NCBI GenBank assembly: GCA_965226495.1
Contig: OZ245365.1
Location: 2,528,001 to 2,592,000, forward strand
Direction of reading: 5' to 3'
DNA length: 64,000 nt
From: Candidatus Marinacidobacterales bacterium
Lineage (GTDB): Bacteria; Acidobacteriota; Vicinamibacteria; Marinacidobacterales; DATDRI01
The notes under the pieces were generated by a model. The model made no database searches and was not told the DNA's origin. It saw only the letters and a list, made by a program, of their open reading frames with translations. Numbering within the stretch: the first letter of the stretch is position 1; the number at the start of each line of letters is the position of its first letter. The position numbers and the translations under genes are program-made. This document shows, in pieces, positions 18,525 through 27,471 of this stretch.

Positions 18525-19910
18525 ATGAAAAAGGGACTGCTACTTACACTCTTGGGCGGTGTCTTAGGCTTCGGATGCGCGAGTCCCGAGCCACCACCGC
18601 CTTCTGGCGACTTCGTCCTCATCCAGAACGGAACACTCATCGACGGTACGGGTGCCGCGCCCCAGGCCGAGACCGACTTGCTCATCCGCAACGATCGGAT
18701 CGAGAAGGTCGGACGGAACCTGGAAGCTCCGATGGGTGGCACGGTCATCGATGCGACGGGAAAATATCTGGTTCCCGGGCTCATCGACGCGCACGCTCAC
18801 TTGGACGGCACGATGGTTTTCCAGCTCTCGCCGGAGGAAAAGCAAGAAATCGTCGATCACAATCCCTCCGCCTTTCTTTACAGCGGCGTGACGACGGTCC
18901 TCAATCTCATTTCCAAGCCAGAGCGGATCTTTGGGATGCGGCAGGCGCAGCGAGACGGTGAGCTCGTGGCTCCACGGATTTACGCCACTGGCGGCGTCTT
19001 TACTCCCGAGGGGGGTTGGGGCACGAGGCATCGGGGCGGCCTGGCGAGCGCCGAAGCAGCCCGAGAACAGGCTTTGGACTTCGTTCGGCAAGGTACCGAC
19101 GGCTTCAAGATCACGATAGAAGATGGGCTGGGGCGCTCCGGGCACTCTGTGGAAATGCCGGAGGACATGTTGCAGGCGATCGCCGAGGTGGCGCATGAGA
19201 ACGATGTTTCCATGTTCATCCATGCCATCAATATCGAGGAGTACCGGAGAGCGGTGGCGGTCGACCCCCGGGCCATCGTGCACGGACTGGAAGATCCCAT
19301 ACCCGAGGGAGATCCCTTAATCGCCGATCTTCTAGAGAAAAAGATCTTCGTCGTCCCGACCCTTAGCCTCTGGGAAGCCTTCGTCAGGATGGACGGCTCG
19401 TTCGAGGATCCCGTTCTCCATGCCACGGTCCCGCAATTCCTCGTCGCCAACTTGCAGAGTCCTGAATATAGAGCCGTCGAGGTGGAGAAGTTTGCGGCGG
19501 TCGTGAAGATCGACGCCGAGGAATGGGCAAGAACAAGAATACCCGTCTTCATGGAGAACGTCGCGAAGATGCATGAAGCCGGCATCAAGATCGCGGTGGG
19601 TACCGATGCGGGCGGGCCGGCGGGTTTCGCGCTCCAAGGGTACAACACGCCCTGGGAGCTCGATTTGCTGGTGCAGTGCGGCCTGACCCCGATGGAAGCC
19701 CTAGTGGCTGCGACCCGTAACGGTGCCGACACGATCGGGGTTCTGGACGAGCTCGGGACGTTGGAACCGGGCAAGTTCGCCGATGTCCTGATCCTCGACG
19801 CGGATCCTCTGGAGAATATTCGGAATGTCCGGAAGTTCGAGGTGCTCATTCAGGGCGGGAAGGTCCTGCAGCGAAGCCAATTTGCTTACAAGCCTCGAAA
19901 AACATCCTGA
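18525..19910 (+). CDS. Amidohydrolase family lipoprotein (paralog 2)
   Basis: Lipobox GFGC; PGLIDAHAH, DGFK, IHA, IVHG and GTDAG motifs. Confidence 0.85.
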   Translation: MKKGLLLTLLGGVLGFGCASPEPPPPSGDFVLIQNGTLIDGTGAAPQAETDLLIRNDRIEKVGRNLEAPMGGTVIDATGKYLVPGLIDAHAHLDGTMVFQLSPEEKQEIVDHNPSAFLYSGVTTVLNLISKPERIFGMRQAQRDGELVAPRIYATGGVFTPEGGWGTRHRGGLASAEAAREQALDFVRQGTDGFKITIEDGLGRSGHSVEMPEDMLQAIAEVAHENDVSMFIHAINIEEYRRAVAVDPRAIVHGLEDPIPEGDPLIADLLEKKIFVVPTLSLWEAFVRMDGSFEDPVLHATVPQFLVANLQSPEYRAVEVEKFAAVVKIDAEEWARTRIPVFMENVAKMHEAGIKIAVGTDAGGPAGFALQGYNTPWELDLLVQCGLTPMEALVAATRNGADTIGVLDELGTLEPGKFADVLILDADPLENIRNVRKFEVLIQGGKVLQRSQFAYKPRKTS

Positions 19911-20151
19911 TCATTGACCTCGCGCCGGTGTCCATCGAGCAAGAGTTGACACCGCCTCCAGTCGAAAGTTGCCGCTTGCCATGGCGCAGACTGCGAATTT
20001 ATAGGTAGGCTCGATCTATTGATGGAGAGTTACTCCCTCCGGAACGAGTAACGAAAAGTAACAGTTTCCACTTCCGAGGCATTCATGCCGCAGTGCGCGG
20101 TGGCACCGCGCCCGGATCGGGGCGGGACACTCCGATGATCCGCGCAACCTA

Positions 20152-22083
20152 TCATGCCGGCTCCAGGCGGACCGCGGTCTCGTTGTATGCGACCCCCCCG
20201 CCCGGAGTGAATCGATTCTTGAGAAGTGGGCTCATGGAGTGCCCGGTCTTCCACCATCCGCCCTTACGGCACACCACCAGATCCTGTCTTTGTGCGGCGT
20301 CTAGCTCTAGTGACACCTCCACGCTTCCCTCGGGAGAGCGGAGGCGCGCTTTTCGATCGGACGCCACACCGAATCGGGCCGCAGTCTCCGGGTGTACCTT
20401 GACACTCGGAAGTCCGGAGGGCCTCATGTTGACGAGCTGCGTGTTGGTCCCCTTCCGGGTGGCGCCAGAGACAAGGCGAAGCGGAAACTCATCGTCGATC
20501 GCGGGTGCGATGGGCGTGCTGGTGGGAAACAAGAAACGCTCCGATGGGGTCTCGAACTTCCCTCCTTTATAAGGTAGCCGCTCCGCCTCCGGGAAGACCT
20601 GAGAACCTTCCTTCAAGACCTGATAGCTCCAGCCGTTGTCGTTCCACGGCGTGACCGCGCGGTCTATCCATTCCGCCGCGGTTCCGGCCATCCCTTGACC
20701 AAAGCCAAGCGCCTCGGCGAGCGCCTGGTAGATGGCTAGATCCGATTTCACTTCACCGGGCGCGGGAATGACGGGCTGGGTCACGCTCGCGGTGAAATGG
20801 GAACCGCTGAAGGCCAGGTCTTCATCCTCGAGGAACGTCGTCACTGGAAGCACCAGATGCGCGCACTCGGCGGTATCGGTGAGGAATTGATCCACCACGA
20901 GATTGAACTCCCGCTTCATCAGAGCTTCCCGCATGGTCTCGGGTCGTGCGTGCTGGGCAACCGGGTTGGCCCCGGTGATGAAAGTGGCGGTGATCGGTGG
21001 ATCTTCGAAGGTCTCTAGGCTCTTCGCGATGTGGCCGACCGGGACGTTCCGGTGCTTGGCATCGAGCTCTTTACCCGTGATGATCGGATCTAGATCGCCC
21101 CAAGGCCATCGGGCAAAGTTCACCCCGGCTCCAGGGACACCGATGTTCCCGGTGAGAACGGCTAGGGCGGAGACGTGGGCGACCACTTCCGCACCGTGGG
21201 AGTACTGTTGTAGACCGACTCCGGGATAAATCGTCGCGGGACGTCGGCGCGCCATCGCGTCGGCTAGGGCGTGCACTTCCTCAACCGTGACGTCGGCCCG
21301 CCGCGCTCGCTCGGCAACTTGGACCGAGGTCACTTCCTTGCGGTAAGCTTCGAAGCCTTCGGTGTGATCGGAAATGAAACCCTCGTCCGCCCATCCCTCC
21401 GTCAGAATGACGCTCGCCACGGCCTGCGCCAGCTCGTGATCGAAACCGGGACGGGGCTTGATCTGGACGTCCGCTAGGACAGTGCTCTCCGTCACGACCG
21501 GATCCACGAGGAGAATCCGAACGCCTTTCTGTCTCGCCTTTCGGAGCCACGGAACCAGATGGATCTGCGTCGCGGCCGGGTTTCTTCCCCATAGAACGAT
21601 CGTCCGGCTATTCAACACATCCCGCGTGTCGTGACATAGGACGTTCCCGAACGAGCGGATGAAGGCGTAGATCCCTTCACCGGCGCAGTAATTGCCGTGC
21701 GCGCGGGAAGCCCCTCCCCAGAGGCCGATGAAACGATCGTATAGATGCTTGAGGGCTCCCATGGAGCCATGTCCTTTGAGTGTGAAGAGTGTCCAGGGGC
21801 CGTAGCGTTCTCTGAGACGCGAGAGCTCGGAGCCGGCGTACTCTATCGCTTGCTTCCAAGAGATCCGCTCGAACCCGTTGGGCCCGCGGCGCAAAGGGTA
21901 AAGCAGTCGATCCTTGTGGTAGACGCGCTCCGCATACTTCGAGACCTTGTGGCAGAGAAAGCCTCGAGTAATGGCGTGGTCCGGATCGCCCTGGAGTCGG
22001 ACTAGCCGATCGCCATCGACGTGTGCGAGGACCGAGCAGGTATCCAGGCAGTCGATGATGCAGGTCGTGCGAATGATCTTCAC
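20152..22083 (-). CDS. Molybdopterin-dependent oxidoreductase, single subunit
   Basis: CxxDCxxxC...GFLCHK 4Fe-4S motif; WGRNP, DQFLTDTA and C-terminal molybdopterin dinucleotide domain; start uncertain (GTG 22083). Confidence 0.85.
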   Translation of the reverse strand: MKIIRTTCIIDCLDTCSVLAHVDGDRLVRLQGDPDHAITRGFLCHKVSKYAERVYHKDRLLYPLRRGPNGFERISWKQAIEYAGSELSRLRERYGPWTLFTLKGHGSMGALKHLYDRFIGLWGGASRAHGNYCAGEGIYAFIRSFGNVLCHDTRDVLNSRTIVLWGRNPAATQIHLVPWLRKARQKGVRILLVDPVVTESTVLADVQIKPRPGFDHELAQAVASVILTEGWADEGFISDHTEGFEAYRKEVTSVQVAERARRADVTVEEVHALADAMARRRPATIYPGVGLQQYSHGAEVVAHVSALAVLTGNIGVPGAGVNFARWPWGDLDPIITGKELDAKHRNVPVGHIAKSLETFEDPPITATFITGANPVAQHARPETMREALMKREFNLVVDQFLTDTAECAHLVLPVTTFLEDEDLAFSGSHFTASVTQPVIPAPGEVKSDLAIYQALAEALGFGQGMAGTAAEWIDRAVTPWNDNGWSYQVLKEGSQVFPEAERLPYKGGKFETPSERFLFPTSTPIAPAIDDEFPLRLVSGATRKGTNTQLVNMRPSGLPSVKVHPETAARFGVASDRKARLRSPEGSVEVSLELDAAQRQDLVVCRKGGWWKTGHSMSPLLKNRFTPGGGVAYNETAVRLEPA

Positions 22084-22106
22084 GTTGGCGATTGTACTAT
22101 CCCGCT

Positions 22107-22625
22107 TCACCGGCGACGGCCGCCACCCGTTTGGGCACGCTGGGCCTTCAACTCCCAAGGCGGCACCGGCTTGGGAAGCGACCAGATGCCAATGCCCGCG
22201 GCCCGAGCGTTCGATTCTGCTTTCGCTAGAGCAGGATCTGCCGAGTACCTCTTGTAGTGCCAGGCAAGCCCTGCCCGGACCAGTTCAACCGAAACGTCTT
22301 GGCCATCGATGAAGACCCGAGCCACAAGGCGTCCATAGCGATCGGTTTCCTTGACTCGAAGGGTGACGACCTTGCCGAGCACCATGTTGGCTGTGAACTT
22401 CTTCGCTCTCGCGCTAAAGTCATCCCCGTACTCCGGGCAGTCCACTCCCTCGAGGCGTATCTTTAGTGTCTTGCCGCCTCGCAGGACTTTGATAGTGTCG
22501 CCGTCGGTTATGCCGACGCACGTTCCACTAGGAGTTTCGCAGGCAAGCGAAAGATGGGCAAAGACGAGGCTGGCGAGCAGCCAGGAACCCGTACCGGGCC
22601 ATTGGGGCAGGGATCTTGTTTTCAA
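22107..22625 (-). CDS. Thermonuclease (SNase) family protein, probable lipoprotein
   Basis: DGDT, IRLEGVDCPE, DRYGRLVA and GIWS motifs; start uncertain. Confidence 0.85.
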   Translation of the reverse strand: MKTRSLPQWPGTGSWLLASLVFAHLSLACETPSGTCVGITDGDTIKVLRGGKTLKIRLEGVDCPEYGDDFSARAKKFTANMVLGKVVTLRVKETDRYGRLVARVFIDGQDVSVELVRAGLAWHYKRYSADPALAKAESNARAAGIGIWSLPKPVPPWELKAQRAQTGGGRRR

Positions 22626-22683
22626 TAGACCGATTGTAGGGTGTGTCCCTCCTGGAGTCCATCCGGCGCACTGGCGCGCGCAC

Positions 22684-24126
22684 CTAGAGCTGCGCCACGA
22701 AGTCGTATATGGACCGGACACCAAATGCCGAAAGGACGACACCGGCCATGAAGAGCGCTCCCGCGAGCACCGCGGACATCTGAAAATGTTTCGGCAGGAA
22801 TCGCCGATCCACCCACAACATAGCAAAACACCACAAGCCGGAAGCCAAGATGCTGAGAAGGGCCGCCGGAGTCACGAGCGTCACTGGGTCCCATCCGGTC
22901 CAGATGAGCAAGAGACCGCTCAGAGTCCCGTAGACGATCACAAACCGCCGGACGCCCCGAATCGAGTCTCCTTTCAGTCGAGCCGAGACGACGCGCCCAC
23001 ATTCGTAGAGCGCCCGCGATTGAAGCTCGAACGATCCATAGATCGTTCCAAGGAACACGGTGAGAATGCCCACGAGGTAGAGGGGCGCCAGTTTCGGATG
23101 GAGCTCGGTGAGGAAGTTCGCCTGAACACTCAGGAGCTCGGAAGCGTGAGGCACCAAGTGAGCTGGAGAGAGAATCATCGCCCCGAGTACGAGGAAAATG
23201 ACCGAGAACAGCGCGACCAAAGTGAATGAGAGCAACATGTCGGTCAAGGGTGCCCGCAGCCAGAGTTTTCCCTTGAGGCGTTCGTCCTGCGAGTCAGGCA
23301 GCGGAGAGTCCTGGTCCTCCTCGGCCTCCGTCAATCTTCCCGCGAGGCCCCATTTCTTGTCGCGTAAGAAACTCAAATACGCGATGTAGTCGGTGCTGCT
23401 TCCTCCGATCAAGCCCACAAAGGTCATCACCTCGACCCAGTTCGGACGGGAGGCAATCGTCGGGTAGGCCGCCGTCACCCATTCCGGATAGTCCGGGATC
23501 GAAATGACGAAGACGTTCTTGAGAAGCATCCCGAGATCGGGCCGCAGTGCCATAAACGAAGCGACGATGAGACCGAGGAAAAATAGGATGATGACCTTCT
23601 GGGCCAACTCGAGGGTTCGGTACGTGCTTCCCAGCGCGCCGAGCCCACAGAGGATGAGAACCGCGCTCGAGATCAGATTCAAGTTGATTCCGTAATCGAC
23701 AGAATCGGCGCCGCGCCCGAGGAGCTGCATCAAGAGTGTCGCGAGAGCCTTGGGCAGCGCGGAGAAGGTGGCCGACATGATGACGAGCGCCACGATTCCC
23801 AAGAGGATAGGAAACCATGCCCGCGGTCCCTTCATCTTCGCCCAGTAGTGCGCCGGGTGTCTTCCCGTGAGCGTGATGACCCGCATGCTCGAGTAGACCT
23901 GCACTGCTTTCAGGGCCGACACCAGAAGGATGCACCAGATTAGAGCGAAGCCGAAGATGGCTCCCCCACGCGAGGCGAAGATCGTCTCGCCACCACCGAC
24001 GGTGACGGATGCGATGATGGCACCCGGCCCGTAGAACTTGAGATAGCCGAGCGGATTCTTAGAGCGGAGCTCCTTCGGAACCGGGGGGAACTTTCTGGCG
24101 TCGGGGCTCGGTGTGGGTGAAGTCAT
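22684..24126 (-). CDS. NRAMP-family transporter-like membrane protein
   Basis: GPGAIIASVTVGGGE..ASRGGAIFGF N-terminal motif; about 11 hydrophobic segments. Confidence 0.75.
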   Translation of the reverse strand: MTSPTPSPDARKFPPVPKELRSKNPLGYLKFYGPGAIIASVTVGGGETIFASRGGAIFGFALIWCILLVSALKAVQVYSSMRVITLTGRHPAHYWAKMKGPRAWFPILLGIVALVIMSATFSALPKALATLLMQLLGRGADSVDYGINLNLISSAVLILCGLGALGSTYRTLELAQKVIILFFLGLIVASFMALRPDLGMLLKNVFVISIPDYPEWVTAAYPTIASRPNWVEVMTFVGLIGGSSTDYIAYLSFLRDKKWGLAGRLTEAEEDQDSPLPDSQDERLKGKLWLRAPLTDMLLSFTLVALFSVIFLVLGAMILSPAHLVPHASELLSVQANFLTELHPKLAPLYLVGILTVFLGTIYGSFELQSRALYECGRVVSARLKGDSIRGVRRFVIVYGTLSGLLLIWTGWDPVTLVTPAALLSILASGLWCFAMLWVDRRFLPKHFQMSAVLAGALFMAGVVLSAFGVRSIYDFVAQL

Positions 24127-24283
24127 GGGCGACTCACGATGCCGCGAGAGCATAAGCCATGACCGCCCTCACCGCCAGGTCGAGACTCCCCCGGTGCTCT
24201 TGGCGCTAGGGGCCGCAGACCGTTAGAATCCGCCTTCGAGTCCTATTTAGGTCTAGATGTGATCCAACAAGGAGGTAGGAAAG

Positions 24284-24754
24284 ATGAACAACGTCCTCGC
24301 ACTTACGATAGCAGGCGCCTTCGCCTGCTCCGGCCTGGCTTACGCCGAGTCGGAGACCGAAAAAGAGGTCAAGCAGACCATCCTAGAGGCGAATGAGTAC
24401 ACCGTTAAGAACCTGACGGGTCGTGCCGACGACTACTCGCAGCGCGGCGCATTGGAGTTTTGGTCGAGCGGGGGGTTGTTGCAGGAAATTCAGCCCGGCG
24501 GCAGGCAGGAGCCCTTCGAGGTTTTCAGCATCGAGGTCAAACACATCAAAGTGATCACCCTCGTGGAGGGGCAGGCTGCGGTGGCTCATTACTATTCGGA
24601 AGGTTCGATGAAGCCCGAGGGTTCCCCGTCAGTAAACCACTACCTTACGAGGGTCAGCCAAGTCCTCGTCAAGGAAAACGGAAAGTGGAAGATCCGCTCC
24701 TCGCACTGGTCGCCGGTCGCCGGAGGGTCGGGAACGACTCAAACGACTCAGTAA
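24284..24754 (+). CDS. Exported NTF2-like/DUF4440 protein
   Basis: Signal peptide; TRVSQVLVKENGKWKIRSSHWS; AAGGAGG RBS. Confidence 0.75.
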   Translation: MNNVLALTIAGAFACSGLAYAESETEKEVKQTILEANEYTVKNLTGRADDYSQRGALEFWSSGGLLQEIQPGGRQEPFEVFSIEVKHIKVITLVEGQAAVAHYYSEGSMKPEGSPSVNHYLTRVSQVLVKENGKWKIRSSHWSPVAGGSGTTQTTQ

Positions 24755-24777
24755 CTGTAACCAGGCAGGACAATCAG

Positions 24778-25773
24778 ATGCAATTCTTCCTGGGTTTATT
24801 GGTTGCGGCACCGTTATGGACCGCGTCAATGCTGTGGACACAGGAGGATAGGGTCGCCATCAATCGTCCTCCGAGTCCCAAGGCGCCTGCCATTACGGTT
24901 GAGCGCGGTGATGACTTTAGAAACCCAGAAGAAGTCAAAATCCGCTCTCTGCCCAAAGGGCATGGGGGCAAGCGTCTTGCTGTGGAAGAACCCTTTATCG
25001 CGCGCGATGGGCAATTTCTCTTCTTCAATTCCAATCAACAGGAAGGAGAGAAAGACCTGCACTACGCCAAGCTAATCAATCATCGATGGGTTTACCAGGG
25101 TGAGATGGGCCCCAACATTAATACACCTTCGAAAGTGGAGGGCAACCCAACGATGGATAGCGAACACGCCTTTTACTACATTGACATTAAGAACGCCCAT
25201 GGCGCGAGCAGAGGAACATTTTCTACGGCAACCGGAGAGCTCGTGGGCGTTCGACCATTTGAGGAAATTCCACCCAATAAGGTCATGAGTACGAAGAACC
25301 AAATCCGGGTCAACATCGGTGTTGAAGTTAGTGCGGATGGCAAGACAATGTTTTTTTCGCAAGCAGTATTTGAATTTCAGAATGGAACAGTCGGCGACTT
25401 GATTGCGTCAGACATCCATTTCTTAAGGAAAAAGGGCCAGAAGTTCAAATTCGACGCCATCGAGTCCAAAAGGGTCATGAGAAATATCAACTCTCACGAG
25501 TTAGATTATGCGGCGGGCATCTCCAGAGATGGGCTCGAGATTTTCTTTACCCGCTTTGAAGTCGCTGATTATGCTAATCGAAAACTTGAATCCAAGATCA
25601 TGCGTGCAACGAGGTCAACCGTGAACAAGCCCTTCGGCAAGCCTGAGGTCGTTGAGGCCATAGGAGAAAGGCGTTTTGTGGAGGGACCAGCCCTTTCGGC
25701 AGATGAAAGAGAACTCTTTTATCATCAGCACGTCAACGGCAAGAGCAGGTTGTTTAGGGTGACACGTCCATGA
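24778..25773 (+). CDS. Exported PD40/TolB-like beta-propeller hypothetical protein
   Basis: Signal MQFFLGLL...; repeats such as SADGKTMFF, SRDGLEIFF and PALSADERELFY. Confidence 0.6.
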   Translation: MQFFLGLLVAAPLWTASMLWTQEDRVAINRPPSPKAPAITVERGDDFRNPEEVKIRSLPKGHGGKRLAVEEPFIARDGQFLFFNSNQQEGEKDLHYAKLINHRWVYQGEMGPNINTPSKVEGNPTMDSEHAFYYIDIKNAHGASRGTFSTATGELVGVRPFEEIPPNKVMSTKNQIRVNIGVEVSADGKTMFFSQAVFEFQNGTVGDLIASDIHFLRKKGQKFKFDAIESKRVMRNINSHELDYAAGISRDGLEIFFTRFEVADYANRKLESKIMRATRSTVNKPFGKPEVVEAIGERRFVEGPALSADERELFYHQHVNGKSRLFRVTRP

Positions 25774-25781
25774 AGCAGTAG

Positions 25782-27142
25782 TTACGCCCCACCCCGCCGA
25801 AAGAAGCTGAGACCGGCGGTGACTCCAAGGCCGAGGAGGCAGAAGCTCACAAGAGAAGGCTCGGGTACCCTGCTGGTAATCTGATAAATCACTCCTGCGC
25901 CCGCGCCGTTGCCCATCGACCCGTTGGAGGATAGGTCGGCGATGAACAACGAGTTGCCCGCAGATAGTAGGCCGTCCAAATGGCCAATTCCCGACTCGCC
26001 GACACCGATGAAATGGAAGTAGTCGAGAGTATCGAGATCGACATAAACCAGTGGGTTTTCCTCGTTGTCGAGTCCGGCGAGGTCGAACTGACCGTGGAAG
26101 CCGACGAAGATCCCGTTGTTTAGCCCATCGGGAAAGCCCGCTGGTGCAAAAGCGATCTCCGCAGCACCCTCGCTTTCATCGCCATTCGGGGAGGGAATGG
26201 GTTGGAAAGCTACCAGGGGCTGAGTCCCACTTCCCCCGATGACATTGCCCGTCCGATACTCCGTATAGTTATCGGCATAACCGAAATTGTCGACGCCTCC
26301 ACCGATGTCCGTCGCCGAAAGGAAGTTCAGCTCGTCCGCGCTGAAAGCCTCACTGCGGTTTCCCGGAGTGTCGATGCCGTTGTCTTCGAAATATAGATCT
26401 CCGGTCGAGGGATCGAAGGCTATGCCGGCGGGATTGCGTACGCCGTCAACGATTTGAGTGAGTGCAGCACCGATGACGCTGGTGCCGTTGTCGGTTATCG
26501 TGACCATGTAAATCGAATCACCCTCGAGCGTGCCGCTGACGAGACCGAGACCGCTTATGGTAGCTGTCTCTGTGGTTACGGTATTATTGTCGAACGAACC
26601 GAGCTGAAAGAAGAGGTCATAACTCCCTGGCTGGCCGGGGGTCTCTCGAAGGGCGAGGCCAGAGGGTACGTGCTCCCAACCCGTCGGGATCGTGAACTCG
26701 ATAGTCCCTTCCAAGGTCACAAGGGGTCGCCGGGACTCGCTCCTGCTCGCAGCACGGAGATCTCTTGCCCGGCGCTCATTACGGCCACGAGCTCGCCCGC
26801 AGCGCGGACTCCTGTAAAACTGCCGGTGCCGGTTGGTGCCGTGTAGAGAGTGGCACCCGGGCCATCTACGATGCCGTCCTTGTTCGCATCCACCAGCCGA
26901 ATCAGACTCCCGGTTGAGTTGAAAAAACTGGTACCGGCTGGGTTGCTTGTCGCCACGAGAAGCGACCCGTCGGAGAGCATGTGCATTCCGTACGGGTAGT
27001 TGAGCCCACTAGCGAAGGTCGTGATGCGAAAGTTATTCGGATTAACACCCGGGCCACTAATTGCGAAGGGGTCCGCGCCGCTGGATTGGGCCTTGAGGAC
27101 GCAGATCGTAAGCGCAATCGCGAATCGAAGGAATCGGGACAT
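25782..27142 (-). pseudogene. PEP-CTERM sorted beta-propeller (sugar dehydrogenase-like) protein, frameshifted
   Basis: Signal MSRFLRFAIAL; FASGLNYPYGM and GVRNPAGIAFDP motifs; C-terminal VPEP, TM helix and RR; frameshift at 26717-26722 (TTG-TG-ACC). Confidence 0.75.
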
Positions 27143-27280
27143 GGGGAGGTGTTTCCCTATTGCCCTTGTGTACCACTGGATTAGCAGAAAAACACACGGC
27201 CGCAAGGAGGCCGGTATGGAGATTTGAGTAGAAACTCGATGGGTTTCGAGGCAAAGTAAAGGCCGAATCGGATAGACAAG

Positions 27281-27360
27281 ATGGCTATCGAAACCGGGAC
27301 GCGGCTCAGTCACTACGAGATCACCGGCAAGCTCGGCGCCGGTGGGATGGGAGAGGTCTC
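27281..27360 (+). pseudogene. Ser/Thr kinase N-terminal remnant
   Basis: MAIETGTRLSHYEITGKLGAGGMGEV, after which similarity stops. Confidence 0.7.
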
Positions 27361-27404
27361 CTATTCTTGGGCCGACGACGGCTCCGTGTCGTCGCTCGAA
27401 CTGA

Positions 27405-27444
27405 CCCTCTCCCCGTTAAGCGGGGAGAGGGATGGGGTGAGGGG
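27405..27444. repeat. REP-like palindromic element
   Basis: ccctctccccg-ttaag-cggggagaggg followed by atggggtgagggg. Confidence 0.7.
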
Positions 27445-27471
27445 TCCCGCAATCCGAAACCGCCAGAGCCT

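Noticed and set aside
26717-26719. TGA between the two PEP-CTERM ORFs as readthrough
   Set aside because: The ORFs are in different frames, so this is a frameshift
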